The notes under the pieces: model-generated | Databases searched by the model: none | Seen by the model: only the letters and a program-made list of their open reading frames with translations | What the model was told of the DNA's origin: nothing | Shown here: positions 14,584 to 23,592 of the stretch, piece by piece | How the letters are laid out: each line of letters starts with the position of its first letter | Numbering within the stretch: the first letter of the stretch is position 1 | Translations under genes and position numbers: made by a program | Assembly: GCA_964511575.1 (NCBI GenBank) | Contig: CAZEFM010000005.1 | Span: 6,232 to 70,231, forward strand | DNA length: 64,000 nucleotides | Direction of reading: 5' to 3' | Source of the DNA: an uncultured Phycisphaeraceae bacterium | GTDB taxonomy: Bacteria; Planctomycetota; Phycisphaerae; Phycisphaerales; Phycisphaeraceae

Positions 14584-15948
14584 TCACGCATACGCTTCGT
14601 ACAGCACCGTCACCGGATGAACCACACGTAATGGTATGCCCAGTCGGTCAGCTTCGGATTGAATCTGCATGGCGCAGCCGACGTTGCCGGTGACACACAT
14701 CGATGCGCCGGTCGCCTGAATGTGGCGCAACTTGCGTTCGGCGAGTTGCCGTGCCATCTGCGGCTCGGCGAGGTTGTACGTTCCCGCAGCGCCGCAGCAC
14801 ATGTCCGACTCGGGCAGAGGGATCAGCTTCAAGCCCGGCACCGCCTCGAGCAATTGACGCGGTGGGGCGGTCACCTTCTGAGCATGGGCAAGATGGCACG
14901 CATCGTGGTAGGTAACCGTCCTATCCAGCGATCGCGTCGGGGGTTTGAGGCGAAGTTCGACCAGCAGTTCGCTGATGTCGCGGTTGATGCGAACGAACGC
15001 TTCGGCCTGCTGGGCATAGTTGGCATCGTCGCGCAGCAGGTGGGCGTAATCCTTGAGCATCGCGCCACAGCCAGCCGCGTTGTTGACGACGTAATCCACG
15101 TTGGCGGCGGTGAACGCATCGATGTTCGCTTTGGCGAAGTGCATCGCTTCATCGATGTGGCCGCCGTGGTGGTGCAGCGCGCCGCAGCATCGCTGATCGT
15201 GCGGCACGACGACATCGCACCCGGCAAGCTGCAACAGGCGGATCGTCTGGCGGTTGACATCCTGAAACAGCACGCTGCCGACACACCCGGCCAGCAGTCC
15301 GACCACCGCGCGCGGCTTTCCATCCACCAGAGCATCGCGATCGGCGGGATACCGCTGCGCCAGACGCGTTTCCCACAACGGCCCGTGCGACGGCAGCATC
15401 TGCTGCATCTTCGCAAGCTGCAGCGGCAGAAGTCTGCCCGTGGCGGCGACGAGCGGCTTCCACAACCCCAGCTTCTGCAGCAATCGCGGCACGAGCATGG
15501 CCAGTTTCAAACGCGTGGGATAGGGAAACACGCGATAAAACATGGTGTGAATGAACCGATCAAGCAGCGACGGTTTCTTCAGTACGTTCAGCTTCGCGCG
15601 CGTTTCCTCGATGAGTTCGTGATACACCACGCCGGAGGGGCAGGCGGTTTCACACGCGCGGCAGTCCAGGCACAAATCCAAATGACGCACGACCGCATCG
15701 GTGGGGTCGATGACACCGTCGGCGAGCCCCTTCATGAGGAAGATGCGGCCGCGGGGCGAGTCGGCTTCCAGACCGTTCTCCGTGTAGGTCGGGCAGGCGG
15801 GCAGGCACAGGCCGCAATGCACGCAATCGAGCGCCCGGGAATAGGTGCGCTTGTCGAGCGACAGCACGGGCAGCGTCGTGCTGTCCCGGGGCGGCGGCGA
15901 GCCGAGGCCAGACACCTTGCGCGGAGTTGGAGAAGCGTTCGCGTTCAT
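14584..15948 (-). CDS. glcF: glycolate oxidase iron-sulfur subunit
   Basis: Two 4Fe-4S motifs ('CVHCGLCLPACPTY', 'CLDCRACETACPSGV') and two CCG-type Cys-rich regions ('CCGA...'). ATG 15948 overlaps the glcE stop (ATGA). The N-terminal 31 aa of the track ORF were discarded. Confidence 0.9.
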   Translation of the reverse strand: MNANASPTPRKVSGLGSPPPRDSTTLPVLSLDKRTYSRALDCVHCGLCLPACPTYTENGLEADSPRGRIFLMKGLADGVIDPTDAVVRHLDLCLDCRACETACPSGVVYHELIEETRAKLNVLKKPSLLDRFIHTMFYRVFPYPTRLKLAMLVPRLLQKLGLWKPLVAATGRLLPLQLAKMQQMLPSHGPLWETRLAQRYPADRDALVDGKPRAVVGLLAGCVGSVLFQDVNRQTIRLLQLAGCDVVVPHDQRCCGALHHHGGHIDEAMHFAKANIDAFTAANVDYVVNNAAGCGAMLKDYAHLLRDDANYAQQAEAFVRINRDISELLVELRLKPPTRSLDRTVTYHDACHLAHAQKVTAPPRQLLEAVPGLKLIPLPESDMCCGAAGTYNLAEPQMARQLAERKLRHIQATGASMCVTGNVGCAMQIQSEADRLGIPLRVVHPVTVLYEAYA

Positions 15949-17153
15949 GGGCGGTTCAGTTCGTCGGGTGTGGCGTTGCCTCGGAGAAACCGGCCGGGGT
16001 TGAAAACGTTGTGCGGGTCCATCGTCGTCTTGAGGCGGCACAGCAGCGGATACTCACTGGGCAGCGGCGCGAAGGGTGCGATGCGTGCATCGTTGTCAGG
16101 CCGGTTGTACCAGACGCGGAAGCCGCGATGCTCTTCGATGATGCGGGCAAGCTGTTGATCGAGCGCGAGGGCGTGTTCGGCATCACCCTCACCGCCGATG
16201 AAGATGCACCCGTGCACCGGAAGCGCATCGATGCGCCATCCGCTGTCGCGGAGCGCTTCGCACGCTGCGCCGGTGGCGGCGGGGGGCGTCACCAGCTTGA
16301 CCAATACCGATGCGAGCCGTCGCCAACGGCGTTCAGCCGTCCGCCGCGCCTCATCTTCCGCAAGCGTGCCGGTCAGCACGTTGCTCACTTTCGCGTGCGA
16401 ACCGGCGAGGCGTTCCATGTGCTGCACCAACACCGCCTGCTGTGCGGCACATCCATCGGGCGTGTTGAAGTAACGGAACCGCGCCAGCCAGCGGTTGCCC
16501 TCTCGGTGGATCGACAATCCGGCAGGAGTCGCATCGGTGAGCAGCAGATCGGTGATGTGACGGCTGAGCGTGTCGGGTTCATCGAGTGTGACCTCGACGG
16601 TGCGCGCTTCCTCGGGAACGGCATACGTTCGCAGCGTCGCTTCGTACACGATGCCCAATTCGCCGAGACTGCCCACCATCAGTCGCGTCACATCGTAGCC
16701 GGCAACGTTCTTGACGGTGCGGCCGCCCACATGGATATCGCGTCCCACGCCATCGATGTAGCGCAATCCCAACAACAGGTCACGCACCGAACCGTATCCC
16801 GCACGCAATGGACCATACACCTCGTGCAGAATCACCTCGCCGACGGTCAGGTCGCTGTCGGCATCGAGTGGCAGGAACTGATTGGCGGCATGCAGCGCGG
16901 CGGCAATGTCACCGACCGTCGCCCCGGCGGCGAGACGCACGGCCAGATCGCGCGTGTAGTGCTCGATGATGCCATGACTGCCGGGCGTGACGGGTAGCGA
17001 CAGCGGCTCATGCGATTGAGGCGGCGCGTGACCCAATCCCCGATGCGCAACGCCGTAATCCACCAGCGGTACACCCCGGGCGATCGCATCGCGCACGCGC
17101 TGCGCCAGCGCTTGGGGATCCGTGGTGTGACATGTTTCGGTGGGGGAGGGCAT
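15945..17153 (-). CDS. glcE: glycolate oxidase FAD-binding subunit GlcE-like
   Basis: FAD-binding PCMH-type region ('GRTVKNVAGYDVTRLMVGSLGELGIVYEATLR'). It sits between glcD and glcF with a start/stop overlap to glcF. Confidence 0.8.
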   Translation of the reverse strand: MPSPTETCHTTDPQALAQRVRDAIARGVPLVDYGVAHRGLGHAPPQSHEPLSLPVTPGSHGIIEHYTRDLAVRLAAGATVGDIAAALHAANQFLPLDADSDLTVGEVILHEVYGPLRAGYGSVRDLLLGLRYIDGVGRDIHVGGRTVKNVAGYDVTRLMVGSLGELGIVYEATLRTYAVPEEARTVEVTLDEPDTLSRHITDLLLTDATPAGLSIHREGNRWLARFRYFNTPDGCAAQQAVLVQHMERLAGSHAKVSNVLTGTLAEDEARRTAERRWRRLASVLVKLVTPPAATGAACEALRDSGWRIDALPVHGCIFIGGEGDAEHALALDQQLARIIEEHRGFRVWYNRPDNDARIAPFAPLPSEYPLLCRLKTTMDPHNVFNPGRFLRGNATPDELNRP

Positions 17154-17197
17154 GGGGTTCGTAGGGAAGAGGGCGCAGGGCCTTGGGTCTGGTTCTG

Positions 17198-18643
17198 TTA
17201 CATGGCTCCGCCGGGGGAGTTTGGGGTTAACGGGGTGAGCAGTTCGATTTCGATGCGGTCGCTGGGAATCAGCTTGCCATCGTTGAGTTGATGATCGGGG
17301 TCGAAGACTTCCTTGAGTCGGTTGAAGGTGTCCAGCGTATCGGGATTGAACATCTTTCGCATGAGCTTCAGTTTCTCGACGCCCACGCCGTGCTCGCCGG
17401 TGATCGTGCCGCCCACGCTGACGCAGTATTCGAGGATGGCGTAGCTGCAGCGCAGGGTGTTCTGCACCTGTTGCGGATCGTCCTCGTCGAACAGCATGAT
17501 CGGGTGCACGTTGCCATCGCCGGCGTGAAAGACGTTGTGGATCGTCAGGTTGTGCTGACGTCCGATCTCGGCGATTTCACGCATGACCTGCGGCAGCATG
17601 GAGCGCGGCACGCACGCATCCTGGGTGCAGTAGCTGCGGCTGATTCGGCCGATCGCGCCGAACGTCTTTTTTCGGGCGCTCCACAGTTCCGCGCGCTGCT
17701 GTGGGTCGGAACATTGCTTCACTTCGGTCGCGCCGTTCTCGTGACACAGAAGCACGATGCGCGCCAGTTGTTCATCGAGCACCGCATCCACGCCATCGAT
17801 CTCGATCAGGAGCATGGCCTGGGCTTCACGGGGAAATCCGAAGTGAAACGCATCTTCGACCACGCGGATCATGCTGCCATCCATCATCTCCATGCTTGTG
17901 GGCACGATGCCGGTTGCGGTGATGTCGCTGACGGTGTTGCAGGCGTGTTCGACATCGTTGAAGACGGCATACACGGTGCGGAAATGTTTCGGCGCGGGGA
18001 CGAGTCGGCACCAGATGCGTGTGACGATGCCGAGCGTGCCTTCCGATCCGCACAGCAGTGCCCGCAGATCGGGGCCGATGCCATCGTAAAGTCCTTCGTC
18101 GCGGATGCGCACGATTTCACCGTCGGGCAGCACGACTTCGAGGCCGAGGATGTGGTTGGTGGTGACGCCGTGCTTGAGCGTGTTGATGCCGCCGGCGTTG
18201 GTGGCGACGTTGCCGCCGATGGTGGCGGCGCGTTGGCTGGACGGATCGGGCGAGAAGCGCAAGCCCGTTCCGGCGAGCGCTTCGGTCAAGGCGAGATTGC
18301 GCACGCCGGGTTGCACGACAGCCACGCGGTTGGCGGGATCAATGGATTCGATGCGGTTCATGCGCGTGGTGACGATCATGACGCCTTCGCCGTAGGCAAC
18401 CGCCGCGCCGGCGAGTCCGGTGCCGCTGCCGCGTGGAATCATGGGCAGGTTGTGTCGTCGGGCCGCCTGCACGCACTTGACGACGTGGTCGCGGGTGGTG
18501 GGAAACACCACGACGGTGGGCAGGCCGCGGGCGATGGGAAAGCCGTCGCATTCATAGACGAGCAGCTCGTCGCGATCGGCAAGAACGCCTTCTTCGCCAA
18601 CGATTTCGCGCAGCTCATTCACGATCGCATGCGTCGACGTCAT
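17198..18643 (-). CDS. glcD: glycolate oxidase subunit GlcD (FAD-linked oxidase)
   Basis: 481 aa from ATG 18643 ('[16 protein letters not shown]'). Contains '[38 protein letters not shown]', '[11 protein letters not shown]', '[20 protein letters not shown]' and 'HAGDGNVHP'. The upstream 440 aa of the 922-aa track ORF are an antisense shadow of the aminotransferase gene. Confidence 0.9.
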   Translation of the reverse strand: MTSTHAIVNELREIVGEEGVLADRDELLVYECDGFPIARGLPTVVVFPTTRDHVVKCVQAARRHNLPMIPRGSGTGLAGAAVAYGEGVMIVTTRMNRIESIDPANRVAVVQPGVRNLALTEALAGTGLRFSPDPSSQRAATIGGNVATNAGGINTLKHGVTTNHILGLEVVLPDGEIVRIRDEGLYDGIGPDLRALLCGSEGTLGIVTRIWCRLVPAPKHFRTVYAVFNDVEHACNTVSDITATGIVPTSMEMMDGSMIRVVEDAFHFGFPREAQAMLLIEIDGVDAVLDEQLARIVLLCHENGATEVKQCSDPQQRAELWSARKKTFGAIGRISRSYCTQDACVPRSMLPQVMREIAEIGRQHNLTIHNVFHAGDGNVHPIMLFDEDDPQQVQNTLRCSYAILEYCVSVGGTITGEHGVGVEKLKLMRKMFNPDTLDTFNRLKEVFDPDHQLNDGKLIPSDRIEIELLTPLTPNSPGGAM

Positions 18644-18651
18644 AGACCTGA

Positions 18652-18657
18652 ATTGTA
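18652..18657 (-). promoter_or_regulatory. -10-like hexamer TACAAT, 8 nt upstream of the glcD ATG
   Basis: Plus-strand ATTGTA at 18652-18657 is TACAAT on the minus strand. An 8-nt spacer separates it from ATG 18643, and there is no Shine-Dalgarno. Confidence 0.3.
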
Positions 18658-18689
18658 TGCCGAAAGCGTGCGGTTTGCAGTTGTCGCGT

Positions 18690-18710
18690 GGACCTTTTGG
18701 CGGACCTTTT
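18690..18710. repeat. tandem direct repeat GGACCTTTT (x2, 12-nt period) in the glcD/aminotransferase divergent region
   Basis: GGACCTTTT occurs at 18690-18698 and 18702-18710, in the centre of the 108-nt divergent intergenic region. Confidence 0.6.
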
Positions 18711-18739
18711 CGAGGCGTCGACAGGGCAGGGCAATCTGT

Positions 18740-18745
18740 TACATT
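18740..18745 (+). promoter_or_regulatory. -10-like hexamer TACATT, 6 nt upstream of the aminotransferase ATG
   Basis: TACATT at 18740-18745, spacer GCGACC, ATG at 18752. No Shine-Dalgarno. Confidence 0.3.
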
Positions 18746-18751
18746 GCGACC

Positions 18752-19948
18752 ATGAACACGACAGTTGCCCCGTTGACGCCCCCGCAACGCATCCTTCTTG
18801 GGCCGGGCCCCAGCGATGTGCCGGCACGCGTGCTGCAAGCGCTGGCGGCGCCGACGATCGGCCACCTCGACCCGGCGTATCTCAAACTCATGGACGAGAC
18901 GCGCCGACTGCTGCAGGCCGTGTTTCGCACCAGCAACGACATGACGCTTGCGGTGTCCGGCACGGGCAGCGCCGGCATGGAGGCGTGCGTGTGCAACCTC
19001 ATCGAACCGGGCGATGAAATGATCGTGTGTGTCAACGGCGTTTTCGGCACACGCATGCGCGATGTGGCGCAGCGCTACGGCGCAACGGTGCACAGCATCG
19101 AAGCGCCGTGGGGCGAGACCATCGACCCGGCCGATGTTGCCGCGGCACTCAAGGCGCATCCGCGCACGAAGGTGCTGGGCATCGTGCATGCTGAAACATC
19201 GACGGGTGCGCATCAACCGCTCCAGGAGATATCGAAGCTGGTGCACGATGCGGGCGCGCTGCTGCTGGTGGATGCGGTGACATCGCTGGGCGGGCACGAA
19301 CTGCTGGTCGATGATTGGGGGATCGATGCGTGCTACAGCGGGACGCAGAAGTGTCTGTCGTGTCCGCCGGGGTTGGCGCCGGTGACGTTTTCCCCGGCGG
19401 CGTGCGAGGCGATGGATCGCCGCAGGTCGAAGGTGACGAGCTGGTACCTGGACATGACGATGATCCGCAACTACTGGGGATCGGATCGTGCGTATCACCA
19501 CACGGCCCCGATCAACATGACCTATGCGCTGCGCGAGGCGCTGGCGATCATCGTGGAAGAGGGGCTTGATGCGCGCATCGCGCGGCATGCATTGAACCAT
19601 CGGGCGCTGCGCGCGGGGCTGGAAGCGATGGGCATGTCGTACATCCCGCAGCGCAGCCTGGCGACCCTCAACGCAGTTCGCATTCCCGAGGCCATCGACG
19701 ATGCGACGGTGCGGTCGCGGCTGCTCAACGATTACGGCATCGAGATCGGCGGGGGGCTGGGCGTCTTCAAGGGCAAGGCGTGGCGCATCGGGTTGATGGG
19801 GGCGGCGAGCACTCGGCGGAACGTGACGCTCGTGCTTGCGGCACTGCAGGCGATTCTCGCCGACCTGGGCGCGACCCTGCCGGGTGACGGCCCATCCGCC
19901 GCCGCAGCCGTTTACGCCAATGCGATGCCGACAACGGCGAGCGCTTGA
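18752..19948 (+). CDS. class-V aminotransferase (alanine/serine--glyoxylate aminotransferase family)
   Basis: 398 aa from ATG 18752. Contains '[16 protein letters not shown]', '[11 protein letters not shown]', '[11 protein letters not shown]', '[12 protein letters not shown]' and '[16 protein letters not shown]' (PLP-Lys context), typical of the AGXT/SgaA family. Confidence 0.85.
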   Translation: MNTTVAPLTPPQRILLGPGPSDVPARVLQALAAPTIGHLDPAYLKLMDETRRLLQAVFRTSNDMTLAVSGTGSAGMEACVCNLIEPGDEMIVCVNGVFGTRMRDVAQRYGATVHSIEAPWGETIDPADVAAALKAHPRTKVLGIVHAETSTGAHQPLQEISKLVHDAGALLLVDAVTSLGGHELLVDDWGIDACYSGTQKCLSCPPGLAPVTFSPAACEAMDRRRSKVTSWYLDMTMIRNYWGSDRAYHHTAPINMTYALREALAIIVEEGLDARIARHALNHRALRAGLEAMGMSYIPQRSLATLNAVRIPEAIDDATVRSRLLNDYGIEIGGGLGVFKGKAWRIGLMGAASTRRNVTLVLAALQAILADLGATLPGDGPSAAAAVYANAMPTTASA

Positions 19949-20036
19949 GCGGAGGCGGCAGGACACGGTTGTTTCCGGTGGGAGACATCGAGCCTGTCAT
20001 TTCGCCAAAGGCGAAAGCGGTGTTGGTTCCCCGTCA

Positions 20037-22916
20037 TCACGCCTTTTGCCGTCGGCTGCGAATCTCCAGCCATGCGGGCATGAGGATCCAGCACGCCAGC
20101 AGGACCATGCCGATCGCCAGGCTCAACGTGATGCCCAGCGAGCGAATGCCCAGGTGTCGTGCCGGAATCATGCTGGCAAAGCCGATGATGGCGGTGAGGC
20201 TGGTGATGGTGATCGCCTTGCCCGTGCCGCCGGTCAGGCCCAGCGGTCGGCTGACACCATCCTGTCGGAAGCGGTGGATGATGTGCACCCCCGAGTCCAC
20301 GCCGATGCCGAACACCAGCGGCAGCACCATGATGTTCGCCGGGTTCAGGTCCAGCCCCATCACCGCCATGATACCCAGCGTCCAGATGAAGCCGATCACC
20401 ACCGGCGCCAGGCTCAGCAGCGCATCCCACACCGAGCCAAAGTCGATCAGCACCAGAATGAACACGGCCAGCACCGCCAGCGCCCCCGCCAACTGGTAGG
20501 AGTCCCAGATCAGGTCGCCCGACTTGTGAAACTGTGGGCTCGCCCCGGTGAGGTTCGGGTCGATCGCTTCAAGCTGCGTGACGAAGTCGCGAAGGAACTC
20601 CGGCTCGAGCGGATCCGTCAATCCATCGGGCAGGTTGGGGTAGATCTCCAGCGCGTACTTGCCCGCTTCCGGCGCGTGATACATGCCGCGAATCGATTCG
20701 GGCAGCGCATCGAGCGTCAGCGGCTGTGTCGACAGGGCAGCGTCGATCTGACGGGCGGAATCCTGCCGCCACTGCGCCCATGCGGTGCGCAGCCGCTCGA
20801 TCCGCCGCGTCTGCTCATCGGTCGGCAGCTCGCTGAGCAGCGTGATTGCCCGGCCGATCGCCCGGCTCACGCCGTCCATCGCCGCCAACACGTTTTCGGT
20901 GGGGCGTTGACGTGCCGGTGCGAGTCGGGCGAAGGTGAAAAAGGCCCGCACCGCCGCCATCTGCTGCACCAGTTCGGGTTGCCCTGCCGTGGGAGAGATG
21001 GCACCCGGCGCGACCGCGCCCGGCAGCGGCGTCGCAGGCGCATCGGTTGCGGGCGTTGCCGCAGGTGATGCCGCCTCCCCGCGCACCGCCGCCGACAGCG
21101 CCGGCTCCAGCGTCTGCCGCACCTCGGCGATCATCGCCTTCTTCTCCGCTTCATCGCGCGGAAACAGCAGCCCCACGCCGCCCACCTCGTCAACAATGTC
21201 AAGTTCGCGATACTTCGCCGTCAGTTCCCGCGCCGTCTGCAGATCGTCGACGATGCTCACCGCGAACCACAGCGTTCGGCCGCCATCGTTGATCAGCCGC
21301 CGCTGCCACTCCACACTGTCCACGCCGTGCGGCAACATGTTGAGCAGGTTGTAGTCGAAGCGAATGTGCGAAGCGCCGTACAACGCCGCCGCCGTGGCGA
21401 TACCGATCCCCCCAAGCGTTCGCAGCGGATGTTTGGCGAACGGCATGACCCAACTTTCGCTGAACACGTGCCAGCGTCGATTGCTGATGGGAAAGATGTG
21501 GCGATGCCGGCGCTTGTAACGACGCAGCAGGGCGGGGAAGACGGTCAGCATCGCGATGAGGCAGAGGATGATGCCCGCCGCGGCGATCTCGCCCATCTCC
21601 GCCAGACCGTTGAACTTCGTGAACGTCATCATCAGAAACGCGGCCGCCGTCGTCACCGCGCCGGTGATCATGCCCGGCCCCATGGTCTGGAACGCGTCGC
21701 GCATCGCTTCGACGAAGCCCTCGGTCGTGTCCGGCTTGGTGTGACGCACCATCTCCAGACGCGTGGCCAGGTGAATGCCGAACGCGATGCCCAGCCCCAG
21801 CAGAATCACCGCGAACACCACGCTGAGTACCTGCAGATGGCCGATCGCCAGCGTCAGGTACCCGAACGACCAGGCGATGCCAACCAGAAGCGAGATCATC
21901 GCCATCACCGGCACGCGCCAACTGTGAAACGACATGATCAGCAGAAAAGTGATGACCACCGTCGCGATAATGCTCGACACCGTGCCGTCGAACGTGGCGA
22001 CCTGTGTCTCATCCGCTTCAACGACTTCCACGCCGGTCAGCCCGACCTCCACCCCCGGATGCCGGGCCGACACCTCGGCGATGATCGCGCGCGTGGCGGC
22101 AATGGCGTTCTCCGCCGCCGAAATCGTGCCCTTTTCCAGCGTCGGCGTGACGCGAATGTAATAGTGTCGGCCGTTCTCGCTTTGAAAGTACTGCCACTGC
22201 GCCGCCGCCTCACCGCCCGCCTGCTGCATCGCCGCCGCGAAGTCGACCGGTTCGTCCGCCGGTGTCGCCAGCACCGTCGTCATCGCCTCGACCATGCGCC
22301 GCAGGTCGCCCAGCCCCGCCACCGCCTGCGTTTCGTCCTCCTGCGACACTTCGGCAAGCCCAGCCGCCTCCCGCCGAATCTCCGCGTTCACCTGCCCGAA
22401 CAGCGCCTCGGGCGTGTCGCTGGTGAGCATCATCTGCGACTGGGCGATGTCCGCGAGCTGGCGGCGAAAATCCTCCATGTTCATCAGCCGCATCGCGCTG
22501 GGGTCCGCATCGTCCGGCCCGAACCGCCAGACCACCTGTTGCGTCGCCTCCGATGCCAGAAGCGTTTCACCGAGGTCATCCACCAACGCCCGGGCCCGCG
22601 CATCATCGCCCGGCTCCGCCTGCCCGTCGCTGCCCCAGGCATCGACAATCACGATCAGGTCGTTGATCCCCTCGAAAAGCTCGTTCCACGTGATGAACCG
22701 CTGGTTCCAGTCCAACTCACGCGACAGCAGGTCGTTGCGGTCGCTCTGAAACCCCAGCGGCCCGAAGTCGCCGGGCTTGCCCACCGGCAGCCCGATGACC
22801 GTGATGTAGATCGCCGCCGCCGCCAGAAAAAAGGCGATTGCCAACACGATGTACGGATGCCCCGTCACCGCATCGGACCATTTCCCCAGCACCAGATGTC
22901 GCCACCGGTTGAGCAT
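20037..22916 (-). CDS. MMPL/RND-family membrane transporter (HpnN-like)
   Basis: About 960 aa with two blocks of 5-6 TM helices separated by large loops. MMPL-type segment 'FGIGVDSGVHIIHRFRQDG'. Start ATG 22916 ('MLNRWRHLVLGKW'). Confidence 0.8.
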   Translation of the reverse strand: MLNRWRHLVLGKWSDAVTGHPYIVLAIAFFLAAAAIYITVIGLPVGKPGDFGPLGFQSDRNDLLSRELDWNQRFITWNELFEGINDLIVIVDAWGSDGQAEPGDDARARALVDDLGETLLASEATQQVVWRFGPDDADPSAMRLMNMEDFRRQLADIAQSQMMLTSDTPEALFGQVNAEIRREAAGLAEVSQEDETQAVAGLGDLRRMVEAMTTVLATPADEPVDFAAAMQQAGGEAAAQWQYFQSENGRHYYIRVTPTLEKGTISAAENAIAATRAIIAEVSARHPGVEVGLTGVEVVEADETQVATFDGTVSSIIATVVITFLLIMSFHSWRVPVMAMISLLVGIAWSFGYLTLAIGHLQVLSVVFAVILLGLGIAFGIHLATRLEMVRHTKPDTTEGFVEAMRDAFQTMGPGMITGAVTTAAAFLMMTFTKFNGLAEMGEIAAAGIILCLIAMLTVFPALLRRYKRRHRHIFPISNRRWHVFSESWVMPFAKHPLRTLGGIGIATAAALYGASHIRFDYNLLNMLPHGVDSVEWQRRLINDGGRTLWFAVSIVDDLQTARELTAKYRELDIVDEVGGVGLLFPRDEAEKKAMIAEVRQTLEPALSAAVRGEAASPAATPATDAPATPLPGAVAPGAISPTAGQPELVQQMAAVRAFFTFARLAPARQRPTENVLAAMDGVSRAIGRAITLLSELPTDEQTRRIERLRTAWAQWRQDSARQIDAALSTQPLTLDALPESIRGMYHAPEAGKYALEIYPNLPDGLTDPLEPEFLRDFVTQLEAIDPNLTGASPQFHKSGDLIWDSYQLAGALAVLAVFILVLIDFGSVWDALLSLAPVVIGFIWTLGIMAVMGLDLNPANIMVLPLVFGIGVDSGVHIIHRFRQDGVSRPLGLTGGTGKAITITSLTAIIGFASMIPARHLGIRSLGITLSLAIGMVLLACWILMPAWLEIRSRRQKA

Positions 22917-22925
22917 AGGAGCAGA

Positions 22926-22931
22926 ATCGTA
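22926..22931 (-). promoter_or_regulatory. -10-like hexamer TACGAT, 9 nt upstream of the MMPL ATG
   Basis: Plus-strand ATCGTA at 22926-22931 is TACGAT on the minus strand, with a 9-nt spacer to ATG 22916. Confidence 0.25.
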
Positions 22932-23204
22932 GGTTTCCGTCAGAAATGAGCAACCACCCATTGCTCCCAAATGGCCCAGAAGCACGCCCCCTACCCCTAA
23001 CGCCCGGGAGGGCTGTCGCGGGCGTTACAACCGCTCCACGACCTTGATTCCGCATCTATTTAAGGATAAAATTAGGAATCATGCTCCGCTTTGGAGGGGA
23101 CAGACCAATTCGATTGCGGACAGCGGATTTGTTTCGCCTCACGCTTCCCGCCCCTTGCACACTCACCCCGTGGCCCTCGGCCTTTGGCCCTTCCAAATGT
23201 CGCC

Positions 23205-23222
23205 TTTGTCGTGTTTGTCGTG
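23205..23222. repeat. perfect tandem repeat TTTGTCGTG x2
   Basis: TTTGTCGTG occurs at 23205-23213 and 23214-23222, in the long MMPL/ECF intergenic region. Confidence 0.7.
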
Positions 23223-23314
23223 GGGGTGACATCGCCAAAAAACGCCGGAAACGTTGAAATGAAAGGAGATTACGTTCACGCCGCCCGGGTAGACCCCCAG
23301 GGGGGGTGACATCG
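23222..23314. repeat. 13-nt direct repeat GGGGGTGACATCG (two copies, 80 nt apart)
   Basis: Copies lie at 23222-23234 and 23302-23314. Confidence 0.7.
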
Positions 23315-23359
23315 GGCAAAGGCTGGGGCAAGAGGCCGGAGCACGAATGCCAGAGGAGA

Positions 23360-23387
23360 GATGTCGGAGGACGGATGCCGGAGGACG
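23360..23387. repeat. 14-nt tandem repeat GATG[T/C]CGGAGGACG x2
   Basis: GATGTCGGAGGACG at 23360-23373 is followed immediately by GATGCCGGAGGACG at 23374-23387. Confidence 0.7.
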
Positions 23388-23592
23388 CAGGATAAGACGC
23401 TTTACGTCCGGTCAATCGGCAATTGGCAACTGGCATTTCTTCGGAATTTCCTGCAACCTCGTTACGCTGGTGCGTGTAACCATGGATGTGACAGCGCTGC
23501 TGCGGCAGAAAACTGTGGGGTCGAGCCTTTCCGTGCGGACGAGAGCGGCACAGGCGGTCAATCCGAACATTCCCGGCCGGCGACATAACGCA

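Noticed and set aside
17198-19966. The 922-aa (minus strand) and 886-aa (plus strand) ORFs mutually overlap across the whole glcD/aminotransferase region.
   Set aside because: Each is a real gene (glcD 17198-18643; aminotransferase 18752-19948) extended through the antisense strand of the other. The extensions are Arg/His/Ala/Gly-rich with no recognisable family. This is the typical stop-codon-poor shadow ORF of GC-rich DNA.
20000-20016. Small hairpin TTTCGCC-AAA-GGCGAAA between the convergent aminotransferase and MMPL genes.
   Set aside because: It has only a 7-bp AT-containing stem and no U-tract on either side. That is insufficient for a terminator call.
23258-23308. A 16-codon mini-ORF (MKGDYVHAARVDPQGG) and a strong AAAGGAG motif lie in the long intergenic region.
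   Set aside because: The ATG lies upstream of the SD-like motif rather than downstream of it. No start codon lies at a proper distance after AAAGGAG. There are no supporting features.
23440-23482. Possible ECF-type autoregulatory promoter (GGAAT ... CGT) upstream of the ECF sigma gene.
   Set aside because: The spacing between GGAAT (about 23443) and the nearest CGT elements is about 12 or about 25 nt, not the 16-17 nt expected. The match is too loose to report as a feature.
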